Shown here: one piece after another, positions 18,401-27,323 of the stretch
Numbering within the stretch: position 1 is the first letter of the stretch
Layout: the number at the start of each line of letters is the position of its first letter
Assembly: GCA_963663965.2 (NCBI GenBank)
Contig: CAXXFK010000031.1
Coordinates: 32,001-96,000, forward strand
DNA from: Sedimentisphaerales bacterium
GTDB lineage: Bacteria > Planctomycetota > Phycisphaerae > Sedimentisphaerales > SM23-30
Direction: 5' to 3'
DNA: 64,000 nucleotides
Program-made: the position numbers and the translations under genes
Notes under the pieces: model-generated
What the model saw: the letters and a program-made list of their open reading frames with translations, nothing else
Databases searched by the model: none
What the model was told of the DNA's origin: nothing

Positions 18401-18683
18401 CAGCGAACTGGCATTATTGAAGGCGGTTGGATTCACTTCGAAGAAGATTACGGCCATGCTGATTCACGAGCACAGGCTGGCATTTGGTTATGGAGTGGGA
18501 CTGGGAGCCGTATCGGCTTTGATCGCCGTATTACCGGGGATGATCGAATGGGGAAGTGGATTTCCGTGGCGGTCGATTATAACAATTCTTGTTATTATTT
18601 TAGTTTGTGGTATAATCTGGATCATGGTGGCGACCCATCTGGCATTACGCGGCCGATTGGTGGGTGCATTACGAGATGAATGA
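15420..18683 (+). CDS. FtsX/MacB-type ABC permease with two tandem halves (1087 aa)
   Basis: ATGA overlap with the ATPase gene; two large periplasmic domains, each followed by FtsX-like TM blocks (QIALLRIIGF; ERRSELALLKAVGF). Confidence 0.88.
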   Translation: MTLWKLIRQSLFHYWRPNLGVMLGVAFCSAVLVGALMVGDTVRSTLKRMVLERLGDTQLALAGQGRYVRSELAQDLAESLNVKVAGILQTGGIAIEPTRQLRLNRVNVYGVDKAFWAMGLEKQAVELDSDEAAINAVFAQQLGVNPGDDIILRVDKSGLLPREIPFAGKEDQTAAMRLRIKCILTNSQMGRFGLKNNQDAVYNLFVSLDRLQEKSELQGKANIILAGEPEKPVDLNSANEKLRRCLRPDDLELKFKVLTKDTVQIQSGRVFLDHIVVENIKKTIPESSGILAYFVNSIISANHSTPYSMIAGIDHDMCQDLGITLEPDDIVVSRWLADDLKVETGDPIRLSYWVLSEDGSGLVEQSHEFKVAGIITQAGDRDMMPDMPGLSDAGNCREWKAGIPIDFGRIRAEDEAYWETYRGTPKALISLETAQKIWGNRWGRLTEIRIKGNDINKFSKKVLGEINPGELGLQFRDVRGPALAGASGQTDFGQLFLGMSMFLIGSALILPAMLFALTVRGRNKQIALLRIIGFETGTVRQIILVEALILVLAGTGLGLLLAGGYAGIITATLNSNWLAVTGTSELRLFISPQSMIGGSLASVLMGMGSVWLALRRDFKRRDLDMLHGRVAYQVKSSRWKKWTGLILTGLAITTMLYSVISAKDATEIFFMSGSLLLAGGIFVFSWQLSKTNTTKPNSIFSMGQLISRGLQRTPGRIQAVAVIVACGVFMVVAVGSSQKNPLKNSEARSSGTGGYALLAQTTIPISVDLDSQEAITRFALDPELMRDVSILSVRVHEGDNAGCLNLNKPVNPAILGISVVELVKNKPFTIVKTEKGLKADWQILEGEGAVTPVITDQSAILWSLGKKLGDRIPYPDQRGGQCELELAGGLNNSILQGYLIISEERFKELFPEDSGYRFFLIDCQPDKIQALETMLQRSLADVGIDIERSADRLGRLYALENTYMTIFMQLGGLGMILGTVGMAVVVFRNVMERRSELALLKAVGFTSKKITAMLIHEHRLAFGYGVGLGAVSALIAVLPGMIEWGSGFPWRSIITILVIILVCGIIWIMVATHLALRGRLVGALRDE

Positions 18684-18687
18684 GGAG

Positions 18688-18716
18688 AAACCATTGACGA
18701 AATGCAATGGTTTTTT
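18688..18716 (+). terminator. Terminator-like hairpin after the ABC permease
   Basis: AAACCATTG-8 nt-CAATGGTTTTTT. Confidence 0.5.
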
Positions 18717-18787
18717 ATATAGTAATCTGTATTCATATCCGCTTGAGGCGGATGATTTTTTATGATATCTATGACTTCTGATCTCCT

Positions 18788-20200
18788 ATGAATCGACAAA
18801 ACATCGCTATTCTAATTGCCTTTGGGCTACTAACGGCGGGCTATATAACGCTGGATAGATGGGTTCTGTCTGTACCAGTTAAGTTGGAGATCAGAGAGCC
18901 AGGCGCCGATGGAATACCGGAAGGCGCTTTTGTCGAATCCGGAGAAGAGGCCTGGGAATTTAAGGGGGAATTAACCAAGGGCGATGGGAAGGCGTCCGAT
19001 ATACTAGAAAGTTGGAGTATGTTTCGGGGCGACGATTGTCAGATGTATTACGATAATTCAGCAATTGACCTGGCCCGGGAGTGGCCTGAAAACGGTCCAC
19101 CGGTTATCTGGGATATTCCGGTTGGCGATGGTTATGCTGGGGCGGCAATACGTCAAGGCAGGGTGTATTTACTGGATTATGATGAGAAAAATCAGGGGGA
19201 TGTAATCCGGTGTTTATCGCTTGATGATGGTCAAGAAATCTGGCGCTATTTTTATTCGGTCAAGGTCAAGCGGGATCATGGCATGAGCCGGACCGTACCG
19301 GCAGTAACAGATGAGTATGTTGTGACGCTTGGACCCCGAGCCCAGGTGGTCTGTTTGAAGGCGGAAACCGGCGAGTATGTCTGGCATATCGATCTGGTGA
19401 GCGCTTACGGCACCGAAGTCCCTTTATGGCACGCGGCCCAGTGTCCGGTAATCGAAGATGGCCGGGCAATTATAGCGCCGGCTGGACCCAAAGGCTTGAT
19501 GATTGCGGTGGAGTGTTCTTCAGGAGACATTGTGTGGACGGCGGCCAATCCGGATAACTGGGAGATGACCCATACCTCCATATTGCCGGTTAAGATCAAC
19601 GATCAGGCGATGTATGTCTATTGCGGCGGCGGGGGTGTGGCAGGGGTGGCCAAAGAGGATGGACATCTTTTATGGAAAAATACCGATTGGAAAATGCGTA
19701 CTAATGTACCCTCACCGCTCTACTTGGGGGAAAGCCGGTTTTATTTATGTGCCGGATATAACAAGGGAAGCATGACCATGGATGTAAAGTGGGAAGGTGA
19801 CCGCTGGCAAGCAGAAACGGTTAACCAGTTCCCGGTAAAGGTATTCGGAACCGTGCAACACAGTCCGGTGTATTACCAGGGCCATCTTTATGGAATCCGT
19901 GAAAAAGGCAAGCAATTGATATGCCTGGATCGAAATGGTGCGATCGTCTGGGAAAGCGGCAGCGCTCATACCTTTGGGGATGGACCGGTTCTGCTGGCAA
20001 ATGGATTAATTTATATTCTGGATGATGATGGCACCCTGTTTATGATAGAGGCCTCGCAGGAAGGCTATCGAGAACTGGGCCAGGCGCAGGTATTTAACGG
20101 TCATGATGCCTGGGGACCGATGGCCATGGTGGCCGGCAGATTGATATTGCGGGATTTCGATGAGATGAAGTGTCTGGATATGAGGCAAAATACGAATTGA
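18788..20200 (+). CDS. N-terminally anchored PQQ-like (BamB-type) beta-propeller protein
   Basis: N-terminal TM/signal; WSMFRGDD, GDGYAGAAIRQGRVY, SRTVPAV, AWGPMAMVAGRLILRD. Confidence 0.8.
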   Translation: MNRQNIAILIAFGLLTAGYITLDRWVLSVPVKLEIREPGADGIPEGAFVESGEEAWEFKGELTKGDGKASDILESWSMFRGDDCQMYYDNSAIDLAREWPENGPPVIWDIPVGDGYAGAAIRQGRVYLLDYDEKNQGDVIRCLSLDDGQEIWRYFYSVKVKRDHGMSRTVPAVTDEYVVTLGPRAQVVCLKAETGEYVWHIDLVSAYGTEVPLWHAAQCPVIEDGRAIIAPAGPKGLMIAVECSSGDIVWTAANPDNWEMTHTSILPVKINDQAMYVYCGGGGVAGVAKEDGHLLWKNTDWKMRTNVPSPLYLGESRFYLCAGYNKGSMTMDVKWEGDRWQAETVNQFPVKVFGTVQHSPVYYQGHLYGIREKGKQLICLDRNGAIVWESGSAHTFGDGPVLLANGLIYILDDDGTLFMIEASQEGYRELGQAQVFNGHDAWGPMAMVAGRLILRDFDEMKCLDMRQNTN

Positions 20201-20233
20201 CAAGCTGCTGACAGCCATTTTAATATTAACAAC

Positions 20234-21253
20234 ATGCAAAACACAAAAACACAACCCGTTATTATTACCATCCTGTTGGTGGCTGTGGGAGTGGGTGTTT
20301 ACTCTGCTATCACATTGGATCCCTCGGGAAGTAAAGGGAATCGTCTGGGAAACTCGTTTGAATATGATTTATCGGAAGACCGGAAAATCGCTGCGGAACT
20401 TTATGGTTTTCATCAGATAAATGCGCTAAAGGATGAACGATTTAAATGGGCGGGTGGACTGGCAATCGATCATAACAACCTTATATATATCGCTGGCAAG
20501 GAATCGATTCTGATACTGGACCGAGAATTGAAAATTTCTCGTTCACTGAAAGTTGAGAGCGGGATTCAGGCATTGACTACTGCTGAGGATGGTTCCATCT
20601 TTACCGCCGATCAAAACAGGATTCGGATTTATGGCAGGGATGGGGCATTGATACGACAGTGGCCAATAGAAGGGGATAACACCTACCTGACTTCGATCAC
20701 GGTCGGTGAGAATGATGTATTCGTTGCCGATAAAGGGCAACGAGTGGTTTGGCGATATCAGAAATCGGGTGAATTCGTCAACGAGATCGGGCGCCGGGAT
20801 GATGCGCGTAACATACCCGGCTTCAGCATTCCCAGTCCATATTTTGAAGTCGCGATTGCCGGAGATGGATTATTGAGGGTTACCAATCCGGGATCACACT
20901 GGATTGTGGCGTATACATTTGATGGCGACCGGGAATTCGCCTGGGGGGAGAGCGGCCGGTCGATAGAGGGATTCTGCGGATGTTGTAATCCATCCCATTT
21001 CGCGATTTTTCCGGATGGGCGTTTTGTGACCAGCGAGAAAGGGATTACCCGGATCAAGGTGTATAACGCGGAGGGGAAATTTGAATCGGTGGTGGCGGGT
21101 CCTGCTGAATTTATGGATCATGACGGGTTGGTCAGTGAGTTGAAAGGCGAAGCGGACCGGGTGGCGCTCGAGGTGGGGGTTACCAATGATGGAGAAGTGG
21201 TTGTGCTGGATCCATTGGTGGGTGAAGTGAGGATTTTTGCCGAGAAAAAATAG
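20234..21253 (+). CDS. NHL-repeat/6-bladed beta-propeller protein with a CGCC motif
   Basis: N-terminal TM; GLAID..IYIA, VFVADKG, LRVTNPG, GFCGCCNPSHFAIFPDGRFVTSEKG. Confidence 0.75.
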   Translation: MQNTKTQPVIITILLVAVGVGVYSAITLDPSGSKGNRLGNSFEYDLSEDRKIAAELYGFHQINALKDERFKWAGGLAIDHNNLIYIAGKESILILDRELKISRSLKVESGIQALTTAEDGSIFTADQNRIRIYGRDGALIRQWPIEGDNTYLTSITVGENDVFVADKGQRVVWRYQKSGEFVNEIGRRDDARNIPGFSIPSPYFEVAIAGDGLLRVTNPGSHWIVAYTFDGDREFAWGESGRSIEGFCGCCNPSHFAIFPDGRFVTSEKGITRIKVYNAEGKFESVVAGPAEFMDHDGLVSELKGEADRVALEVGVTNDGEVVVLDPLVGEVRIFAEKK

Positions 21254-21303
21254 TATGCTAAAATAGGGTTTCGCAATAAGCGAAATTTTTAGAGAGAATT
21301 GCC

Positions 21304-21879
21304 ATGAATCTAAAAGAGACAAAACCAATTATTGATCGCCGAGCCTGGTTAAAGACCATGGTTCGGAGCGGCTGTTTTGTGGGGCTGGCCGGATTAGGCT
21401 GGCGCGCGACCAGTATGGCAGGTTCCGATCAACTGGTCTGGCAGATCGATCCATTGAAATGCATTTCCTGTGGCAATTGCGCAACCTACTGCGTATTGAA
21501 AGAGTCAGCAGTAAAATGTGTGCACAATCATGAAATGTGCGGCTATTGCAATCTTTGTACCGGTTATTATAAATCAGAACCGCAGGAACTGGATACGGCG
21601 GCAGAGAATCAGATGTGCCCGACCGGCGCGATCATCCGCAGATTTGTAGAAAAACCGTATTTTGAATATAACATTGATGAGGCTCTCTGCATTGGTTGCG
21701 GCAAATGTGTCAAGGGCTGCAATGCATTTGGAAATGGTTCATTATTTTTACAAGTGAGACATGATCGTTGTCTGAACTGTAACCAATGCGCGATCGCGGA
21801 GTCTTGTCCGGCGGATGCTTTTCGGCGGGTACCGGCTCACAATCCTTATATCAAGAAAGGATTCGACAAGACGGAATGA
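21304..21879 (+). CDS. Tat-exported polyferredoxin (4x[4Fe-4S], NapG/MauM-like architecture)
   Basis: DRRAWLK plus a hydrophobic stretch; CISCGNC, CGYCNLC, CIGCGKC, CLNCNQC. Confidence 0.8.
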   Translation: MNLKETKPIIDRRAWLKTMVRSGCFVGLAGLGWRATSMAGSDQLVWQIDPLKCISCGNCATYCVLKESAVKCVHNHEMCGYCNLCTGYYKSEPQELDTAAENQMCPTGAIIRRFVEKPYFEYNIDEALCIGCGKCVKGCNAFGNGSLFLQVRHDRCLNCNQCAIAESCPADAFRRVPAHNPYIKKGFDKTE

Positions 21880-23174
21880 AAAAGCGATTGGTCCTGTTAT
21901 TGAGCCTGATATTGCTGAGCATCCTTTTCAGCGGGCTGTTCGCCGTGCAGAATTTTCCACCACCGGAATTTGAATCGGATTATCAAATGCCGATTCTGAC
22001 ATTGATGGAGCAGGGTCGGGCCAGTGTCAGCTGGGCGGATGTCGTGATTATGGCCGTGGCGTTGGCAATCACCAGCTGGCTGGTATTGAAAAAACGTTCT
22101 CGACAGGGAATCTGGCTGGTGATGATATTTTCGCTGGTTTACTTTGGATTCTGGAAAAAAGGATGTATCTGTCCCATCGGAGCCATTCAGAATATGGCGT
22201 TGGGCCTGTTTAGTGACGGATACGCGGTCCCCCTTACGGTGATTATTATTTTTTTGTTGCCGCTGGTATTTGCCCTGTTTTCGGGACGGGTGTTTTGCGC
22301 CGGAGTCTGTCCGTTGGGCGCGATCCAGGATGTGGTTGCGTTTTTCCCGATCCAGATTCCGATGTGGCTGGAAAAGGTCTTGCAGGCCATCGCGTGGTTG
22401 TATCTAACCCTGGCCATTCTGTTGGCGGCGATGGGCAGTGGATTTATAATTTGCCGTTATGATCCATTTGTTCCCTTCTTTCGCATGTCTGGCAGTTTTC
22501 AGATCTTATTGCTGGGGGGGGCATTGCTGGTTGTCGGTTTATTTGTGGCCAGGCCCTATTGCCGGTTTTTGTGCCCCTATGGTGTATTACTTGGCTGGCT
22601 GTCGAAAGTATCCAGACGCCATTTAACCATCACTCCCAGAGATTGTATTCAGTGCCGCCTGTGTGAGGACAGTTGTCCATTTAACGCTATCGAAAAACCG
22701 CTTAATTATTCATCGTCCCAGGTATCGGCCAGAGCGCGGATACGATTGATTCTGGCAGTCCTGTCAGTGCCTGTTCTGGCGTTGCTGCTGGGGTGGGCGG
22801 GACGCGGCCTTTCGGGCAAGCTGTCACAGAGTCATTACTGGGTCAGGCTGGCTCAAGAGTATCGTTTGGAAGAAATGGGGGTGGTCACTGAGCCATCCGA
22901 TATGACGGACGCATTTCGAACCACTGGATGGACGCGCGATCAGCTTTATGAGAAGGCAGAAACCATCCGTCAGGGATTTGACCGGGGGTGCCGTTGGGCT
23001 GGAATATTGCTTGGAATCGCCCTGGGGATACGACTGGTACGGATGCAGGTTTACGACCGGCATGATGATTACCGGGCGGAAGCGGGGCGTTGTTTATCGT
23101 GTGGACGATGTCTGGAGTATTGTCCGGTGGGCCGGGCTGATGAAACTGTGGTGTTTCGAACTTGTAATCCATGA
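21876..23174 (+). CDS. Membrane 4Fe-4S-binding protein, NapH/MauN/RdxA-like
   Basis: Start at ATG 21876 (ATGA overlap); multiple TMs; CICPIG, FCAGVCPLG, YCRFLCPYG, CIQCRLCEDSCP, CLSCGRCLEYCP. Confidence 0.85.
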   Translation: MKKRLVLLLSLILLSILFSGLFAVQNFPPPEFESDYQMPILTLMEQGRASVSWADVVIMAVALAITSWLVLKKRSRQGIWLVMIFSLVYFGFWKKGCICPIGAIQNMALGLFSDGYAVPLTVIIIFLLPLVFALFSGRVFCAGVCPLGAIQDVVAFFPIQIPMWLEKVLQAIAWLYLTLAILLAAMGSGFIICRYDPFVPFFRMSGSFQILLLGGALLVVGLFVARPYCRFLCPYGVLLGWLSKVSRRHLTITPRDCIQCRLCEDSCPFNAIEKPLNYSSSQVSARARIRLILAVLSVPVLALLLGWAGRGLSGKLSQSHYWVRLAQEYRLEEMGVVTEPSDMTDAFRTTGWTRDQLYEKAETIRQGFDRGCRWAGILLGIALGIRLVRMQVYDRHDDYRAEAGRCLSCGRCLEYCPVGRADETVVFRTCNP

Positions 23175-23202
23175 ATACCCATAGAGAGAGACGGATATTG
23201 CT

Positions 23203-24975
23203 ATGACTGATAATCAAGAGGAAAATAAACAGGACCGTGGTCTCTGGTATCAGGTCTGTTTGAACCTGGCGATTGTTGCCGGGGTTCTGATGATTGGGGC
23301 CCTTTTTGTGCTGGCGCGCGACTGGAGTCCAACGATGACCGCCAGTACTATCGATTCGGAGGTAATTGAGTCGCTGCGCAAGGAACTGGCTGATCATCCT
23401 GATAATATGGCGTTGCGGGAGAGGGTGCGGTCTTATGACCGGGAGTTGCGGGAGGTGTTTTTTACGCAACAACAACGGGCCAAGCGGGCTGGCATATTTC
23501 TGGTATTTTGCGGGGGCATACTGGCTTTGACAATGAAATATGTGATCGATCAGAATACCGCCCTGCCGATGCCGCAGGGCAAGCATGATTCCACCCGTTA
23601 TGGGTTTAAAAACGCCATGGCCGGACACGCCTTTGTGCTGGTGGCAGTGAGTGTGGTGGTATTTATGGCGGTGCGCCCGAATCCCGCGCCGACTCTGCCC
23701 GGGGCCGAATCTACTGTTAGCAGTGCCCCGGGAGATGATACCATTAGTCAAGAAGAACAGCCTGTTGCCAAGCTGACCCAGGTGGTCTGGCCGGATAAGG
23801 AGCAGTTCAAGAAAAACTGGTATCGATTCAGAGGGCCGGGAGGTTCGGGGATATCGCCGTGGGATAATGTTCCACTCACGTGGAATATCGAAAGTGGTGA
23901 GAATATTTTATGGAAACTCCCCATTGAAATGCCGGGGAATAACTCGCCAGTGATCTGGGAAAATCTGCTTTTTTTCAGTTGCGCCGATGAAACGCAGCGA
24001 ATTGTTTATGCGGTCGATTGTGTCAAGGGTGACTATCTCTGGCAAACGGCTATTGTCGTTCCCGGAGGGCCGGAGGAAGCGCCGGAGGTTATGGAAGAGA
24101 CCGGCTTTGCCGCGCCTACGTGTGCGACGGATGATCAACGAGTCTATGCCATGTTTGCCAACGGTGATGTGGCGGCAGTGGGACATGACGGAGCCATCGT
24201 CTGGGCGAAGAACCTGGGAATCCCTGAGAGTACCTATGGTCATTCGGCTTCGCTGGAATTATATCAGGGATTACTGCTGATTCAATTCGATCAGGGATAT
24301 GAAGATGAGGAGAAATCAAAGGTATTTGCCCTGGATGTGTTAACGGGCAAAGTGATCTGGTCACATACCAGGCCGGTAGCCAATCAGTGGTCCAGTCCGA
24401 TTGTGGCCCATACCGGGGGGCGGGATCAGTTTATTACAATATCCAATCCGTGGGCGATTGCCTACGAGCCTTTGAAGGGCGAGGTGCTCTGGCAATCCAA
24501 ATGTCTGGCGGGTGATGTGGCGCCCTCGCCAGTCTGCGCGAATGACCTGGTATATCTGATTACTCCTTATGAGGCTGTCAGGGCTTATAAAACCGATGGT
24601 CAGGGTGATGTCACCGAGACAAAGCTGGCCTGGGAAGGGATGGATAATATCGGTGATACCTGTTCACCTCTGACAAATGGCGTCTATCTCTATCTATTGT
24701 ATGGTATGGATCTGGTGTGTTATAAAGCGGATAACGGTGAAGTGCTGTGGACACATTCTTTTGATAATGAATATACTTCATCCCCATCTTTAGTGGGCGA
24801 CAAACTACTGTTAATGGATATAGAAGGTGAGGTGGCCATGGTTAAGGTGGGGGATGAATTTGCCCTGGATCATACTGGTCATCTGGGTGAACCGGTATTT
24901 ACCTGTCCAGCATTTGCGGATGGGAAAATTTTTGTGCGTTGCGATAAACAAATCATAGCCATAGGAGTGAAATGA
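23203..24975 (+). CDS. Membrane protein (about 3 TMs) with a C-terminal PQQ-like beta-propeller
   Basis: Three hydrophobic segments, a Pro/Ser linker, then WYRFRGPGG, GNNSPVIW, FAAPTCATD, YGHSAS, WSSPIV and PAFADGKIFVR. Confidence 0.8.
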   Translation: MTDNQEENKQDRGLWYQVCLNLAIVAGVLMIGALFVLARDWSPTMTASTIDSEVIESLRKELADHPDNMALRERVRSYDRELREVFFTQQQRAKRAGIFLVFCGGILALTMKYVIDQNTALPMPQGKHDSTRYGFKNAMAGHAFVLVAVSVVVFMAVRPNPAPTLPGAESTVSSAPGDDTISQEEQPVAKLTQVVWPDKEQFKKNWYRFRGPGGSGISPWDNVPLTWNIESGENILWKLPIEMPGNNSPVIWENLLFFSCADETQRIVYAVDCVKGDYLWQTAIVVPGGPEEAPEVMEETGFAAPTCATDDQRVYAMFANGDVAAVGHDGAIVWAKNLGIPESTYGHSASLELYQGLLLIQFDQGYEDEEKSKVFALDVLTGKVIWSHTRPVANQWSSPIVAHTGGRDQFITISNPWAIAYEPLKGEVLWQSKCLAGDVAPSPVCANDLVYLITPYEAVRAYKTDGQGDVTETKLAWEGMDNIGDTCSPLTNGVYLYLLYGMDLVCYKADNGEVLWTHSFDNEYTSSPSLVGDKLLLMDIEGEVAMVKVGDEFALDHTGHLGEPVFTCPAFADGKIFVRCDKQIIAIGVK

Positions 24976-27323
24976 GCGTAATCGATTTAAAGCCGGTAGA
25001 TCAGATACTTGACCAGATTGGCCGGGAACCCCATAAATTAATTCCGATATTGCAGGCGGTACAGACACAATATGGATACCTGCCTCAAGAGGCACTGGAA
25101 TCGATATGTGGGCGGACCACCATAACGCCGAGCCAAATAATGGGGGTCAGTACTTTTTACAGTCAATTTCGCTTTAAACCAGTCGGTCAGCACATTGTAC
25201 GCTTATGTAACGGTACGGCATGTCATGTTAAAGGCGCCGAAAAGGTATATCAGTCATTGCGACGCGTACTGGCGATTCCGGAGGGGGATGACACTGATCC
25301 GCAAGGTGTGTTTACAGTTGAGAAGGTGGCATGCCTGGGATGTTGTACTTTGGCTCCAGCTGTACAGATCGATGAAATTACTTATGGCCATCAGACCCCG
25401 GAATCAGTGGAGCGGATGCTAAGCGATTTTATGAATGCCAGCAAAAAAACCGGACGTGGAAGAAAGGGAATCGGTCTGACTCAGTTTGCAGGTCAGGATG
25501 GCGAGATTCGCATCGGCTTGGGTTCCTGTTGTCAGGCGCGCGGCAGTGGCCTATTACATCAATCCTTGTTACAATCCGTTGAGGATTTAAAGATTCGGGC
25601 GACCATCAAATCCGTGGGTTGCGTGGGTATGTGCCACCAAACTCCTCTGGTAGAAATTGTCAAACCGGATGGACGCAGTTTTCTTTACGCCCAAGTTGAA
25701 CCCAAGGATGCCAGGGGGATACTGGAACGGCATTTCGAACAGGATGATCTGATTATACGCTGGGGGCACAAGGCAGCCAACTGGCTGGACAGCCTGATCG
25801 AGGCCCGGCCCCATGAGCCCGTGACGCGCTATTCGATTGATGTCCGTGATAAGCCCGTTAAAGCATTTCTGGATAAGCAGATCAATATCGCCACGGAACA
25901 TTGCGGCAATATCAGTCCGGTTGATTTGTCTGAATATTTGCATAAGGGTGGCTTTAACGCGTTGAAAAAGTGTTTAACAGGCATGGATCCAGATCAGGTG
26001 ATTGAGTTTATCCGGGAAAGCGGATTACGGGGCCGGGGCGGGGCCGGCTTTTTGACGGGTCAAAAATGGCGACTGGTACAGCTGACGAAAGATGATCTGA
26101 AATACATTGTCTGCAACGGCGATGAAGGGGATCCGGGCGCATTTATGGACCGGATGCTACTGGAATCGTATCCCTTGCGGGTATTGGAGGGTATGATCAT
26201 TGCGGCGTGGGCAGTGGGGGCACATCAAGGATATCTCTATATCCGCGCGGAATATCCATTGGCAGTCAAGCGGGTGCGTGAAGCGCTGGCTGTTTGTTAT
26301 GAACATGGGTATCTAGGCAAAGATATTCTGGGCAGTGGATTTGATCTGGATCTACAGATCATGGAGGGGGCCGGCGCATTTGTCTGTGGTGAAGAGACGG
26401 CCCTGCTGGCATCAATTGAAGGTCAGCGCGGGATGCCCCGATTCCGGCCTCCCTATCCGGCAGAAAAGGGATTGTTTGGCAAGCCTACGCTGGTGAATAA
26501 TGTTGAAACCTTTTGTACGGTTTCCTGGATTATCCGTCAGGGTGCGGAAGCGTTTGGCCGGTTGGGAACATCGAGCAGTGCCGGCGCCAAAGTATTTGCG
26601 CTGGCAGGCAAAGTGGCCCGTGGCGGTTTAATCGAAGTACCAATGGGAATAACAATCAAAGAGATTGTTGAAGAAATTGGAGGCGGCGTGGCCGATGGAC
26701 GTACATTTAAAGCAGTACAGATCGGGGGGCCTTCTGGAGGATGTATTCCCGCTTCAATGTCACATCTGGGAGTCGATTATGAAGAGTTGGCACACGCGGG
26801 AGCGATTATGGGATCGGGAGGTCTGGTGGTTCTGGATGATACGGATTGTATGGTGGATATTGCCCGGTATTTTCTGGAATTTACTCAGGATCAATCCTGC
26901 GGTAAATGCACGCCCTGCCGGATCGGAACCCGACGCATGCTAGAGATTCTGGAACGGTTATGTCAGGGGACAGCCAGCCGCTCTGATCTGGATGAGCTAA
27001 AAGAGTTGGCAATATCAATTAAGCGATCCAGTTTATGCGGACTGGGACAAACGGCCCCCAATCCGGTGTTATCAACCCTGGAATTTTTCGGTGATGAATA
27101 TGAAGCGCATCTTGAGGGGCGTTGTCCGGCAGGGAAATGCACAGCCCTGATTACCTATTCAATCAATGACCGCTGTATCGGCTGTACCTTATGCGCTCAG
27201 CATTGCCCTGTAAACGCAATTAAAATGAAACCTTATGAGCGCCATATCATCGATATCCGGACCTGTATCCGCTGTGGCGGATGTAAAACGATATGTCCGG
27301 TTGATGCCGTGGAGGTGAAATAG
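24972..27323 (+). CDS. Fused NuoE + Trx-like 2Fe-2S + NuoF diaphorase (HydC-HydB-like fusion)
   Basis: CNGTACHVKG/CLGCCTLAP; GSCC..GCVGMC; LRGRGGAG, NGDEGDPGAFMDR, GGPSGG, SCGKCTPCRIG; C-terminal 2x4Fe-4S; ATGA overlap with the upstream gene. Confidence 0.92.
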   Translation: MSVIDLKPVDQILDQIGREPHKLIPILQAVQTQYGYLPQEALESICGRTTITPSQIMGVSTFYSQFRFKPVGQHIVRLCNGTACHVKGAEKVYQSLRRVLAIPEGDDTDPQGVFTVEKVACLGCCTLAPAVQIDEITYGHQTPESVERMLSDFMNASKKTGRGRKGIGLTQFAGQDGEIRIGLGSCCQARGSGLLHQSLLQSVEDLKIRATIKSVGCVGMCHQTPLVEIVKPDGRSFLYAQVEPKDARGILERHFEQDDLIIRWGHKAANWLDSLIEARPHEPVTRYSIDVRDKPVKAFLDKQINIATEHCGNISPVDLSEYLHKGGFNALKKCLTGMDPDQVIEFIRESGLRGRGGAGFLTGQKWRLVQLTKDDLKYIVCNGDEGDPGAFMDRMLLESYPLRVLEGMIIAAWAVGAHQGYLYIRAEYPLAVKRVREALAVCYEHGYLGKDILGSGFDLDLQIMEGAGAFVCGEETALLASIEGQRGMPRFRPPYPAEKGLFGKPTLVNNVETFCTVSWIIRQGAEAFGRLGTSSSAGAKVFALAGKVARGGLIEVPMGITIKEIVEEIGGGVADGRTFKAVQIGGPSGGCIPASMSHLGVDYEELAHAGAIMGSGGLVVLDDTDCMVDIARYFLEFTQDQSCGKCTPCRIGTRRMLEILERLCQGTASRSDLDELKELAISIKRSSLCGLGQTAPNPVLSTLEFFGDEYEAHLEGRCPAGKCTALITYSINDRCIGCTLCAQHCPVNAIKMKPYERHIIDIRTCIRCGGCKTICPVDAVEVK

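Noticed and set aside
7906..24975. Calling the three propeller proteins PQQ-dependent dehydrogenases or BamB
   Set aside because: Only the generic propeller repeats are visible. I saw no quinoprotein active-site hallmarks, pqq genes or bam context.
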